Below are positions 46,076-55,158 of a stretch of 64,000 nt of DNA, in pieces. This DNA is from Acidimicrobiales bacterium (GTDB lineage: Bacteria > Actinomycetota > Acidimicrobiia > Acidimicrobiales > Bog-793): assembly GCA_050012675.1 (NCBI GenBank), contig JBEKGS010000001.1:128733-192732 (forward strand), in the 5' to 3' direction. Position numbers and translations under genes: made by a program. Under the pieces are notes generated by a model. It was not told where the DNA came from. It saw only the letters and a list, made by a program, of their open reading frames with translations, and searched no databases. The first letter of the stretch is position 1, and every line of letters begins with the position of its first letter.

Positions 46076-47779
46076 TCACGGATGTTCCGTCCGGGCGGCG
46101 GACCCCTGAGTCGGCGAGGTCTTGCCGAACCCGTACAAGATGCCGTCTTGGACGCCGACATAGAGCATGTTCTCGCCTACACCCGGCGGGCTGAAGGCGT
46201 TGGTGTTGCCGACGAACCATGTCCCGAGGAGCTTCAGTCTCCGGTTCACCGGCACCGGCTCGTAGGCCTGGAGGCTCGCGCCGTCGATGACCCAGACGAC
46301 CGCAGATCCCGAGGTGGTGCCGTCGGAGGTCACGATGGGACCCGATACCCCGAAGACCGCCGCCTGCGAGCCGTATCCGACGAGGCTCAAGGCGGGCAGA
46401 CCACCTGTGGTCGAGTATTTGTAGACGTCTACCGCACCGGCGTGGCCGCTCGGGCTCTGAATCGTCGAGACGTAGACATAGCCCCCGTCACCGGGCCAGA
46501 CACCGGCTGTCGATATCGCTTGTCCGTTCGGCCCGTATTCCCCGACGACGTCGTCCCTCCCGCTCGGGCCTTGGTTGTGGCCACCGAGGTTGTCAGCGTT
46601 GAGCAGGTAGACGATGCCCTCTTTCCCAGTGGCGACAAGGAGATGCGGGTATTTCGGGGCGGAGAACTCAGTCGGCAACAGGACCGGTGAACCCGACATG
46701 TCCCAGTCGTTCTCGTCGGCCAGGGCGTCGTTGTGGATCGCGAAGAAATCCGTCGCCTTGAGTGAGCCGTCCTTTTGCACGCCGAGGCGGACGACGGAAT
46801 CACCGAGGTTCAAAGGTGGCGAGTGCCCGGGGATCGAGCCATCGGGATGGTTGGTCTCGGGGCCTTCGGCATTCCCGGACGCGAACAGGATCTGACCGGG
46901 ACCGTCGGAACTGAGACCACCGCTCGCCTGCCAGATGCCGGCTCCGCCGCCTTCGCTCCCTGGACCCGCTTCGTCGGTCCACAGCGTCGTCTGGCGGCCG
47001 GCGGTCGATACGCCCGCTACGAACCCGGCAAAAGGCGTGTGATCGCAGTGCGACCCGAAGGCGGCGTACACGACGCCGTCCAGGTACAAAAGGCCAGGCC
47101 TTTGCATCTCTTGCAGGGGACGGAACGCCTGTTGCGGGTTGTTGCTGGCTGGACCGTTGATCTCGACCGGGAAGCGGGGCATCTCGGCACCGGTGGCAGG
47201 GTTGATGGCGTTCATGAACCATCCAATCCCCGCACCGCCTGGCAAATGAACCTGATCGACGAGGTAGGCGACACCTGTGGTCGGGTCGATCGCCGGAGTT
47301 GAGGTCACTCCCAGGTAGGGGATCAGGTCAGGGCAGTGCACCGGAGCGTCTTCGAAGGGCGTCCCGATCTGGCGCGACCACTCAATGGCTCCCGTCGTCG
47401 GGTTGAGACCGTAGACCCAGTTGGTCTCCGTAGCGACGAGCAGAATCTTCCCGACGAGAAGGGGTTGCGCATAGATCTGGCCGTTGAGCTGTGTCTTGAA
47501 GACGATCCCGAACTGAGACGACCCTACGACTTCGGGGCTCAGGCCCGGCTCGTAGGAATACCAGCCGTCGCGAGAGTCGCCGCCCCGGTTTGTCTCAAGC
47601 TGAACGCTCTCGGGTGGGCCCGTCTGTTGGGCTGAGGCGGCGGCGCCCCTTTGTCCAGAGGTTCGCAGAGCCGCCCGCGTCTGCGCCGCGTGCCCGGTGG
47701 CCACGGCACCCGCGACTGTCGCCTCGACCACAAGCGCAGAAAGTGCCAGCGCGACCGTCAGCACGAGCACGGGCCGCAT
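46076..47779 (-). CDS. Secreted PQQ-like (BamB-like) beta-propeller repeat protein
   Basis: ATG 47779 gives the signal MRPVLVLTVALALSALVVEATVAGA. Repeated motifs are of the type GQIYAQPLLVGKILLVATETNWVYGLNPTTGAIEWSRQ. The stop lies 40 nt upstream of the GT2 gene start. Confidence 0.75.
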   Translation of the reverse strand: MRPVLVLTVALALSALVVEATVAGAVATGHAAQTRAALRTSGQRGAAASAQQTGPPESVQLETNRGGDSRDGWYSYEPGLSPEVVGSSQFGIVFKTQLNGQIYAQPLLVGKILLVATETNWVYGLNPTTGAIEWSRQIGTPFEDAPVHCPDLIPYLGVTSTPAIDPTTGVAYLVDQVHLPGGAGIGWFMNAINPATGAEMPRFPVEINGPASNNPQQAFRPLQEMQRPGLLYLDGVVYAAFGSHCDHTPFAGFVAGVSTAGRQTTLWTDEAGPGSEGGGAGIWQASGGLSSDGPGQILFASGNAEGPETNHPDGSIPGHSPPLNLGDSVVRLGVQKDGSLKATDFFAIHNDALADENDWDMSGSPVLLPTEFSAPKYPHLLVATGKEGIVYLLNADNLGGHNQGPSGRDDVVGEYGPNGQAISTAGVWPGDGGYVYVSTIQSPSGHAGAVDVYKYSTTGGLPALSLVGYGSQAAVFGVSGPIVTSDGTTSGSAVVWVIDGASLQAYEPVPVNRRLKLLGTWFVGNTNAFSPPGVGENMLYVGVQDGILYGFGKTSPTQGSAARTEHP

Positions 47780-48049
47780 TCGAGGAGACCGCGCCAACGG
47801 ACCTATCTTCGACGCAGCCCCTGGTCTTGTTGTGGGCCCAAGTGCACCAGGCACCGAGCACGAGTCAGTTCTTCTTCCCCCTCGCAATGACACGACACGC
47901 CTCCCCCAGCGAACGCTCCAAGAAAACAGCCACAACTTGTTATCCCAGGGCGGCACTCACGTGGCCACGTCCGGAGCTGTCATGGTAGCAAGGGTGTGAG
48001 GATCTGCTGTTCGATCCCGTACTTCGATCCGGAACCGGTTCCCGGGCGG

Positions 48050-50599
48050 CTACTCGTCGGTTGGCGGCACCGTCGTGGGCAGCCATGCTGTCACGTCGGC
48101 ACTGGACTGACCGAAGCCGACCATGTAACGGCCGCGGACGGTGCGGAAACGGCCGCCGAGGAAGGCTTCGAAACTGCTGAGCGGCAGCACCACGGTGACT
48201 TGTCCGGATGCCTTCGGGACGAGCGTCACGGTCTGGAATCCGGCAAGCTGGCGCGGAGGCTCGCCGGCGCCGACCGGAAAGCGCACGTAGATCTCGACCA
48301 CGTCGGTCCCGCTGCGTCTGCCCGCGTTGGTCACGGTCATGTGGGCGAGCAGGCGTTTGCCGCCCGTCCAGCTCAGGCTGACCTTCGAGACGGAGAAAGC
48401 GGTGTAGCTCAGCCCATATCCGAACGGGAACAAGGGCTGAACGCCATGTGCCTCGTACCAGCGGTAGCCGATGTCGAGACCCGACGCGTAGGTGACGGTG
48501 CCGTCCACGCCGGGAAAGTTGTTCCCGGCGGCTGCGCGCGCGGTCGCTTCTGTGGCCGGGAAGCTCAGGGGCAACCTGCCTGACGGGTCCACGAGACCGG
48601 TGAGGACCGCTGCGATGGCAGTCCCGTCGTCCTCCCCCGGGTACCAGGCTTCGAGGACCCCCTTGACACTTGCCAGCCAAGGCATGAGGACCGCGCCCCC
48701 GGTGTTCAGCACGACGACGGTCTCGGGGTTGGCTCTGGCCACCGCCTCGATGAGGGCGTTCGCGTCACCGGGCAGATCGAGGCTCGGCCGGTCGACGCCT
48801 TCGGCCTGGGGACAGCCGGCAAATACCAGGGCCACCTTGGAGTTGCGTGCGACATCGACGGCACGGGCGATGAGAGGTGAAACGTCCTCGAACCCGAGCT
48901 GTGGCAGGCGATCGCCGTCGACCGACAGCCACTCCACAACGAGCCTGTAGGAGCGTCCGGCCCGGAGTTCGGTCGTGGCGGACCAGCTGGGCCGAGCGTT
49001 GAGGCCCGGAGAGGCGAGCAGGCTGTGCCCGTTGACCGCGAGCCAGGTCTGGCCTCCATATTCGAGGGAGAACTCGTATACGCCACTGCGGCGAACGCGG
49101 ATCGCGGCCTTCCACGACCACCAAGGGCCAGCGGGTGAGGAGGCGGTGCGGACAGGGGGGGTGATGCTGGTCGCCGTTTCGGGCCCAGGGTCGCCGGCAC
49201 GCTCTGCGCCTGTCCGAGTCTCCGCCGGCAGAGGGCCGCCGCTCACAAAGTCAACCGAGGGGATGGGTTCCAGCACGCTTCCTGCCGGCTCACCGGCCGC
49301 AGTTCCGATCCTGGTGCCTTTGCGGAGAGCCTTTCGTAGGGCCTCGAGCGGGGTGATCAGGAAAGGGGGGTTGACGAAAGCGCTTCCTGCGCCCGCGGTC
49401 ACGGCCGCGCTCTCGGCGTCCAGGCCGATGACCGCGACCGAGCGGGGCGAGCGTGCGAGAGGCAGCACATGGGCGGCGTTCTTGAGCAGCACGACCGAGC
49501 GCTCAGCGACCCGCAGTGCTGTCAGGCCATCACGTGGCGTTGCCGCCGGTGCTGCGAGATTCGCGGTCCGGGGGTGGGCGATCAGGCCGTAGGCGAACAT
49601 CTCGGTGAGCACGCGAACGACGGCCGTGTTCAGCATGCTCAACGTGATCGAGTGCTGGCGGACGGCTCGGGTGATCAGCACCCTGGTTTCGTCTGCCTTG
49701 GTTGGCTTGATCAGGTCGAGCCCCGCCTGGAACGCTGGCGCCGGTGCGCTGACGGCCCCGAGGTCGGAGCGGACGAAGCCCGTGAAGCCCCATGAGCGCA
49801 GCAGCCCGTAAAGGCTCGGATCCGCGCAGTCGGTGACACCGTTCAAGACACCGTAAGCGCACATCACCGAGGCCACGTGTGCCTGAGTGACCACAGCCTG
49901 GAAGGGCTTGTCGTACAGCTCCAACAGGGCGCGCTCTGAGACGATCTCGCGGAGGGTCTTCCGTTGTGTCTCCTGGTTGTAGGCGGTGAAGTGCTTTGCG
50001 ACTGCCATCACGTCGCGGGACTGGATCCCCTCAACATCCGCGACACCCATGACGGAGGTGAGGAACGGGTCCTCGCCGAAGGCTTCGAAGGTCCGACCGC
50101 TTTGTGGTACCTGTGCCAGGTTCAACTCAGGGGCCTGCACGGCGTCGAGCCCCTTGGCGCGGGCCTCGACGCCCAGCACCTCGCCATAGTCGTAGGCGAG
50201 CTCCGGGTCGAAGGTGGCAGCCAAGGCGACCGAGGCCGGGAGCTGGGTGACGCCGCGGAGGTCGAAGGCAATGCCATTCGGGCCGTCGACAAGCGTCAGC
50301 GGAGGGATGCACAAAGCGGGCACACCGGTGTTGATGTTCTCGATCCGACCGCGCCGGACCAGTTCGACAAAGCCGACCTTCTCGGCGAGCGTCATCCTCG
50401 CGACCACCTGAACCGCCAGCTGCTCGGGAGCAGCAGCGTGCCTCAGGGACTCCTGCACCCAGGGGCAGCGGCTGGAGGCCCGCGAGCCGGCGGGGCGACC
50501 TACGGGAAGGCTGGAGGATCCTCGGTTGCACGCAGCGACGACGAGCGCCACCGCTACGGCCACTGTCACGCGACCAAGGAGCGGCTGATGGAGGTTCAC
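48050..50599 (-). CDS. GH3 beta-glucosidase with a PA14-like insertion and C-terminal FnIII-like domain; lipoprotein signal
   Basis: GH3 blocks are present (VAKHFTAYNQE, GFVRSDLGA, the GH3 C-terminal domain VLLKN...IAVIG, and LEAWYPGEDDGTAIAAVLTG). The PA14-like segment reads RSGVYEFSLEYGGQTWLAVNG. N-terminal lipobox ALVVAAC. Confidence 0.9.
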   Translation of the reverse strand: MNLHQPLLGRVTVAVAVALVVAACNRGSSSLPVGRPAGSRASSRCPWVQESLRHAAAPEQLAVQVVARMTLAEKVGFVELVRRGRIENINTGVPALCIPPLTLVDGPNGIAFDLRGVTQLPASVALAATFDPELAYDYGEVLGVEARAKGLDAVQAPELNLAQVPQSGRTFEAFGEDPFLTSVMGVADVEGIQSRDVMAVAKHFTAYNQETQRKTLREIVSERALLELYDKPFQAVVTQAHVASVMCAYGVLNGVTDCADPSLYGLLRSWGFTGFVRSDLGAVSAPAPAFQAGLDLIKPTKADETRVLITRAVRQHSITLSMLNTAVVRVLTEMFAYGLIAHPRTANLAAPAATPRDGLTALRVAERSVVLLKNAAHVLPLARSPRSVAVIGLDAESAAVTAGAGSAFVNPPFLITPLEALRKALRKGTRIGTAAGEPAGSVLEPIPSVDFVSGGPLPAETRTGAERAGDPGPETATSITPPVRTASSPAGPWWSWKAAIRVRRSGVYEFSLEYGGQTWLAVNGHSLLASPGLNARPSWSATTELRAGRSYRLVVEWLSVDGDRLPQLGFEDVSPLIARAVDVARNSKVALVFAGCPQAEGVDRPSLDLPGDANALIEAVARANPETVVVLNTGGAVLMPWLASVKGVLEAWYPGEDDGTAIAAVLTGLVDPSGRLPLSFPATEATARAAAGNNFPGVDGTVTYASGLDIGYRWYEAHGVQPLFPFGYGLSYTAFSVSKVSLSWTGGKRLLAHMTVTNAGRRSGTDVVEIYVRFPVGAGEPPRQLAGFQTVTLVPKASGQVTVVLPLSSFEAFLGGRFRTVRGRYMVGFGQSSADVTAWLPTTVPPTDE

Positions 50600-51337
50600 G
50601 TGTCGTCAGGCCGCCAGGTCGTGTTCATGTCCCTGTCCTCGCGCGCTAACCGCGATGTCGCAACGTCTTCAACCCACGCACCGGTATCGAGCTGTAGATC
50701 CCTGCGTTTGGCCATGCCAACCCACGAGCCCGATCGCGTGTCCGGGAACCTGGCCGCCTGGCACGTGCACTATTGCACGAATGGCGGCGATCCTTGTCGC
50801 GCTCTGTTGAGTGTGGGAACGGCAAGGCGGCGGACGGTGCTGAGATGTCGCGACGACCTAGACCGGAGAACCGCTCAACTGAGGCTCACGACTTCGCCCA
50901 TGAACTTCGGGGATTCGTCGACGGCTCTGGCCACTTTGGCCGGGCCCGACGGGACTCGGTGTCTGTGCGGCGAGGGAGACGGAACTGGCTGACCGGTCGC
51001 CTGCGACAACAATCGCCTGGCGTATTGGTCACATGGCCGCAACGGCGCGGGACTTCGTGCTGGCCTCGCGGCCTATCTAGGAACAGCGGTACCAGCCCTG
51101 GCGCGAGGTGGTCCTTGGTCGCTCTCTACGACGCCGCATGGGAGCCCCGTCTTGGCGAGGACGGGGGCCGTATGCCGCTTGCAACCCCGGAACCCGAGCT
51201 GAACGACCTCGTAGAGGTCGTTCGTCACCAGTGCGGAGGCGGGTCTGTTGCGAGCTCCCCAGTCGGTCGGGCTCCTCGGCAGGTGAAGGCTCAGCCCAAA
51301 GACGAACTGCTCAAACGTTTGGATGGACTACCAGCTG

Positions 51338-52027
51338 TCAGGGCAACCTCAGCGGCTCATCCTCCACCACCAGGCCACCGACCGCGGCCCGACCGGAATC
51401 TATTGGCCGTGCACTCAACACTGAACCTTTGCCTTGTCTGATCTCGATGGGCGCTCCGAGCACTGTGGTGAGCTGGAGAGCCGCCGAACCTGTGGCTTCA
51501 TCTTCGGCGATACCGAACCTGGGTGCGAAGCATCGTGCCCGTACGACACCGGGCTCGACCCAGGCCCAGTAGAAGACGTGGTCGTGCTCGGGAAGGAGCG
51601 GTCCGTGCAGATCGTCGATGGCGGCAGGCAAGGCCAACTCGACGAGCGTCCAATCCGGCAAGCTTTGAAGCGGGGCGTCTATCCAGGTTCTGGTGTCAAT
51701 GTCGCTCCAGGCCCGGACGAGTCCGCCCGGGGGCCGCAGCTCGAGCAGCGTCCGGTCACTACTCTCGCGTGACAGCAGCCAGGCCGCGCCGACGAGGGGA
51801 TGTCCGGCGAGCGCAAGTTCCGTGGCAGGCGTGAATATGCGAAGCGCACCTGTCGCCCGATCCTCGATGAAGATGGTCTCGCTGAACCCGAGCCGGCGCG
51901 CCACGCTTTGACGGTCCGCCTCACTTACGAGGTCGCCGTCGATCACCCCGAGGCTGTTTCCCCAAACTCCGTTCGTATCGGTGAAGACACGGAGCACACG
52001 AACAGGCGTCTCGATGTTGGCGGTCAC
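51338..52027 (-). CDS. PhzF-family isomerase-like protein
   Basis: VLRVFTDTNGVWGNSLGVI and CFAPRFGIAEDEATGSAALQL are typical PhzF-family blocks. 229 aa, shorter than canonical PhzF. Confidence 0.7.
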   Translation of the reverse strand: MTANIETPVRVLRVFTDTNGVWGNSLGVIDGDLVSEADRQSVARRLGFSETIFIEDRATGALRIFTPATELALAGHPLVGAAWLLSRESSDRTLLELRPPGGLVRAWSDIDTRTWIDAPLQSLPDWTLVELALPAAIDDLHGPLLPEHDHVFYWAWVEPGVVRARCFAPRFGIAEDEATGSAALQLTTVLGAPIEIRQGKGSVLSARPIDSGRAAVGGLVVEDEPLRLP

Positions 52028-52144
52028 AGCACCGGTCTAGCGCTCCTGTCGCCGACAGGCGAAATCGTGCGGCGGTCGCGGAGAGACAACGCCGTATTCC
52101 ACTTCGGCATCCATTGTCCGGTGCTCGAGAACACACCGGTCGCG

Positions 52145-52777
52145 CTACAGGTACCGGGGCAGCGTGATGCCTGGCGCTAGGTCCGGCGAAGGCTCCGGCG
52201 TGCCCCGAACTTCGCGGATGGGCACGAGACCGGCCCAGTGGGTGAGGGAAAGGTCGTCCAGGTCGTCGGCTGGCGGGCCGGAACGGATCTTCGCCGAGAC
52301 ATCGACGAGCGGAAGCACCAGGACGGCTGTTTGGCGCAGTTCGGCTTCCGTCGCGGCTCTGACATCACCGCTGCGTCCCGGCGCCAGCTTCTCCATCAGA
52401 GCGTCCAGGCTCGCCTTCTTGGCATCGTCGCCTACAAGGGTGGCGGTCCCGTGCGCCACCACCGACCGGTAGTTCAAGGAGTGGTTGAAGCCCGCTCGGG
52501 CGAACACCAGCGCATCGACGACGCTTACTTCCAGGGCAACCTCGAGCCCGCCTCCTCTGGCAGCCATCCGCGCCATGTGCGCTCCGGTCGAGGAGTGGAG
52601 GTAGACGGACGAACCCATACGGACAAAGGTCATCGGCAACACATGAGGACGGCTGTCGGCAACGAAGCCAACGTGGCAGATGAGCGCCTCGTCGAGAATC
52701 TCGTGCACTGTCGCGGCGTCATAACTCGCCCGGTCGGGATGCCGGGAGGGCGTTGAGATGCTGGTCGGGTTGTACAT
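52145..52777 (-). CDS. Pyridoxamine 5'-phosphate oxidase-related FMN-binding split-barrel protein
   Basis: ATG 52777. RHPDRASYDAATVHEILDEALICHVGFVADSRPHVLPMTFVRMGSSVYLHSS matches the Pyridox_ox_2/COG3467 pattern. The track ORF extension to 53047 is not protein-like. Confidence 0.75.
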   Translation of the reverse strand: MYNPTSISTPSRHPDRASYDAATVHEILDEALICHVGFVADSRPHVLPMTFVRMGSSVYLHSSTGAHMARMAARGGGLEVALEVSVVDALVFARAGFNHSLNYRSVVAHGTATLVGDDAKKASLDALMEKLAPGRSGDVRAATEAELRQTAVLVLPLVDVSAKIRSGPPADDLDDLSLTHWAGLVPIREVRGTPEPSPDLAPGITLPRYL

Positions 52778-53183
52778 GGGTTCAGGCTGCCACGAGGGGT
52801 TCAGCGGCACCAAGTCGCACAGTTGTGGTGGATGCTTTTCGTCTTCCGGGACGAAAACGGACGGCCACCACCGCCTCGCCCAGACCCAGCACGCAGGAGT
52901 CCGGGCCGGGCCGGAGGGATCGGTCATGCCGGCCAGGTAGTGGCTCCGCAAGCCCTCAACCGGACACCGACCGGCGCGGTCGCCTAGCACGAGCGAATCA
53001 GGGCGGTTGTCGCAGGGGTCCCCGCCGGGCAGCGGACGCTCCCACAATTCCTTCAGGCCGCCGCTGAGGCAGCGTCATCGGAGGCAGGCGGACTGGGCAC
53101 CAAGACTGACTGACCGCCCACGAGTGACACAGCGATCAAGGCCACGGGGCGGCCGCCGGGCGCCGCTGCCGGGAACTGTCGTC

Positions 53184-54641
53184 TTATGGCAGCGGGGTGT
53201 CGAAGCTACTGGCCTCTACGCTTTTCCAACGTTCGAACGCCACGGCCAGCGACTCGTGAGCTCGTGGCTCGGGTTCCACCTCATCTACGACCGGGGGCGC
53301 CGAACTTGTCTCCTCCATGATGCCCGCAGAGCGTCCGCCAAGTATGGCAGCGCCGCGGGCAGAAGCGTTGGGGTTCTCGACGACCAATAGCTTCATGCCC
53401 AACAGGTCACAAAGGAGTTGACGCCAAGTACGTTGAAGAGTGCCACCCCCGGCGAGATAAAGCTCCGAAGTGGTTGCGAGCTCCGGGAGCGCACCAGCCG
53501 CCTCGGCGATCGAGAAGGCGACACCTTCGAATACCGCACGCAGCAGGTCTGCTCGGTCATGGCGCAGTTCAAGGCCGAGAAAACCTGCCCGCGCTGAACT
53601 GTTCATCGAGGGCGACCGCGCGCCGGCCAGGTGCGGGATGAAAACGGGGGAGTCGGTACCACCGCACGACGTGGCACCGAGCATCTCGTAGGCCTCTTCC
53701 CACGTCGCACTGAAAGCATCCAGTGCCCATGACAAGGCCACCCCGGCTGCCTGCACTGCGGCCATGGCGTACCACATGCCCGGCACGGCGGACGAGAAGA
53801 CGTGGTAACGGAGATCGGCGTCGGGATCTGGGCGCTCACGCGGCGCCACGACCTGTGCGGCTGACCCAACGGTGAGCTGGACGGAGCCGGCCCCCGAGAG
53901 CCCTGTTCCCACTAAGGCAGCCGCGGTGTCACCGGCGCCAAAGGCCACGGGGACACTGGCGGGCAGACCCAGCTCTCGGGCGATGGCGCCATCCAATGGG
54001 CCGGCTACGGCGGCCGAGAAACCGAGTGGAGCCAGCAGCCGGGTCGGAATTCCGAGGGCTTCGACAACGGGGAGGGCCCAGGTGTTCTCGCGTATGTCGA
54101 ACAGGAGGGTTCCCGACGCATCGCTCGCCTCGCTGCCGGCGCGTCCGACGAGCCTGAGCCGTAGCCAGTCCTTTGGTTGGAGGGCCCAATCGGCCTTTTC
54201 AAGGACGTCCGACTCGTGCGAGGTCATGAAGTGGAGCAGAGGTCCTGCCATCCCCGGTATGAAAGGGTTGCCCAACAGGGCACATGTGGCCGGAGGAAGA
54301 GACCGGTAGGCTCCGACGCTGCTCTCCGCGCGACGATCCAGCCATAGCACGGCGGGCCGTAGCGCTCGCCCGTCAGCGCGCGTCAGCACGACGCCGTGCA
54401 TCTGGCCTGACAGCCCGATCGCGCCAACCGGAGATTCGGCAGCCTCGAGCACCTTCGCCACAGCGGCCCTCACCGAGGTCCACCAGTCCTCCGGGTCCGA
54501 CTCGACCCAACCAGGTCGTGGTCTGGACAGGCGAACCGGGACTGAGGCAACGCTCAGCTCACGGCCGCCGCTATCCAGCAGCAACGCCTTCGTCGAGCCC
54601 GTTCCAAGGTCGATGCCCAATACACAGGGGCTACTGCTCAT
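53184..54641 (-). CDS. FGGY-family carbohydrate kinase (xylulokinase-like)
   Basis: VLGIDLGTGSTKALLLD, PGWVESDPEDWW, GLSGQMHGVVL and RPAVLWLDRR are present, together with the C-terminal FGGY domain. Confidence 0.85.
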   Translation of the reverse strand: MSSSPCVLGIDLGTGSTKALLLDSGGRELSVASVPVRLSRPRPGWVESDPEDWWTSVRAAVAKVLEAAESPVGAIGLSGQMHGVVLTRADGRALRPAVLWLDRRAESSVGAYRSLPPATCALLGNPFIPGMAGPLLHFMTSHESDVLEKADWALQPKDWLRLRLVGRAGSEASDASGTLLFDIRENTWALPVVEALGIPTRLLAPLGFSAAVAGPLDGAIARELGLPASVPVAFGAGDTAAALVGTGLSGAGSVQLTVGSAAQVVAPRERPDPDADLRYHVFSSAVPGMWYAMAAVQAAGVALSWALDAFSATWEEAYEMLGATSCGGTDSPVFIPHLAGARSPSMNSSARAGFLGLELRHDRADLLRAVFEGVAFSIAEAAGALPELATTSELYLAGGGTLQRTWRQLLCDLLGMKLLVVENPNASARGAAILGGRSAGIMEETSSAPPVVDEVEPEPRAHESLAVAFERWKSVEASSFDTPLP

Positions 54642-54939
54642 TGTTGACTCCTCATCGGTACTGACCGCTTGTCGATATCAGAGGCGATTGGCGAAGGATT
54701 CGCTGCCATCAAACGGCGCTGTGTCCCGTCATGGCACATGTGAGCAGTCCTAAGGGTTCAAGGGCATGGCCGGTCCGCTTCGTCAGGATATTCGCCTTTC
54801 CTGGTCGCGGGCCTGCCAACGTTGGGGCAGCGACCGGGCTTCAGTTCGCGCCGATGCCGTTGGGCGGCTCGACCACCGGTATTCTCCGCCTCAGCCTGGT
54901 CAGGAGTGGCTGACCAGGCCCGATGCTGAGGAGAAGAGC

Positions 54940-55158
54940 TTGGCCGAAGTCGTGTTGTTCCACCACGCCCAGGGCCTCACGCCCGGGTTGCGTCGCTTCG
55001 CCGACCAGCTTCGTGCCGGCGGCCACGCGGTTACGACGCCCGACCTTTACGGAGGGAGGACGTTCGACACTCTCGAAGCAGGGATCGCTTTTGCCGACGA
55101 GGTCGGGTTCGAGGCTGTCCTCGAGCGCGGCCGCCTTGCCGCTGAGGAGCTACCTGCC
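54940..55158 (+). pseudogene. Dienelactone hydrolase family gene, N-terminal fragment (interrupted by the IS element)
   Basis: TTG 54940 is preceded by GAGGAGAAG. The translation MAEVVLFHHAQGLTPGLRRFADQLRAGGHAVTTPDLYGGRTFDTLEAGIAFADEVGFEAVLERGRLAAEELPA then reads into unrelated IS sequence. Confidence 0.75.

Noticed and set aside
50600-51337. A 0.74-kb gap between the GH3 beta-glucosidase and the PhzF-like gene. It contains a 222-aa plus-strand track ORF (50773..51441) and a 342-aa ORF (49964..50992).
   Set aside because: Both translations are Arg/Gly/Ser-rich with no motifs and poor GC3. The region may hold promoters or a gene relic, but nothing is supportable from sequence alone.
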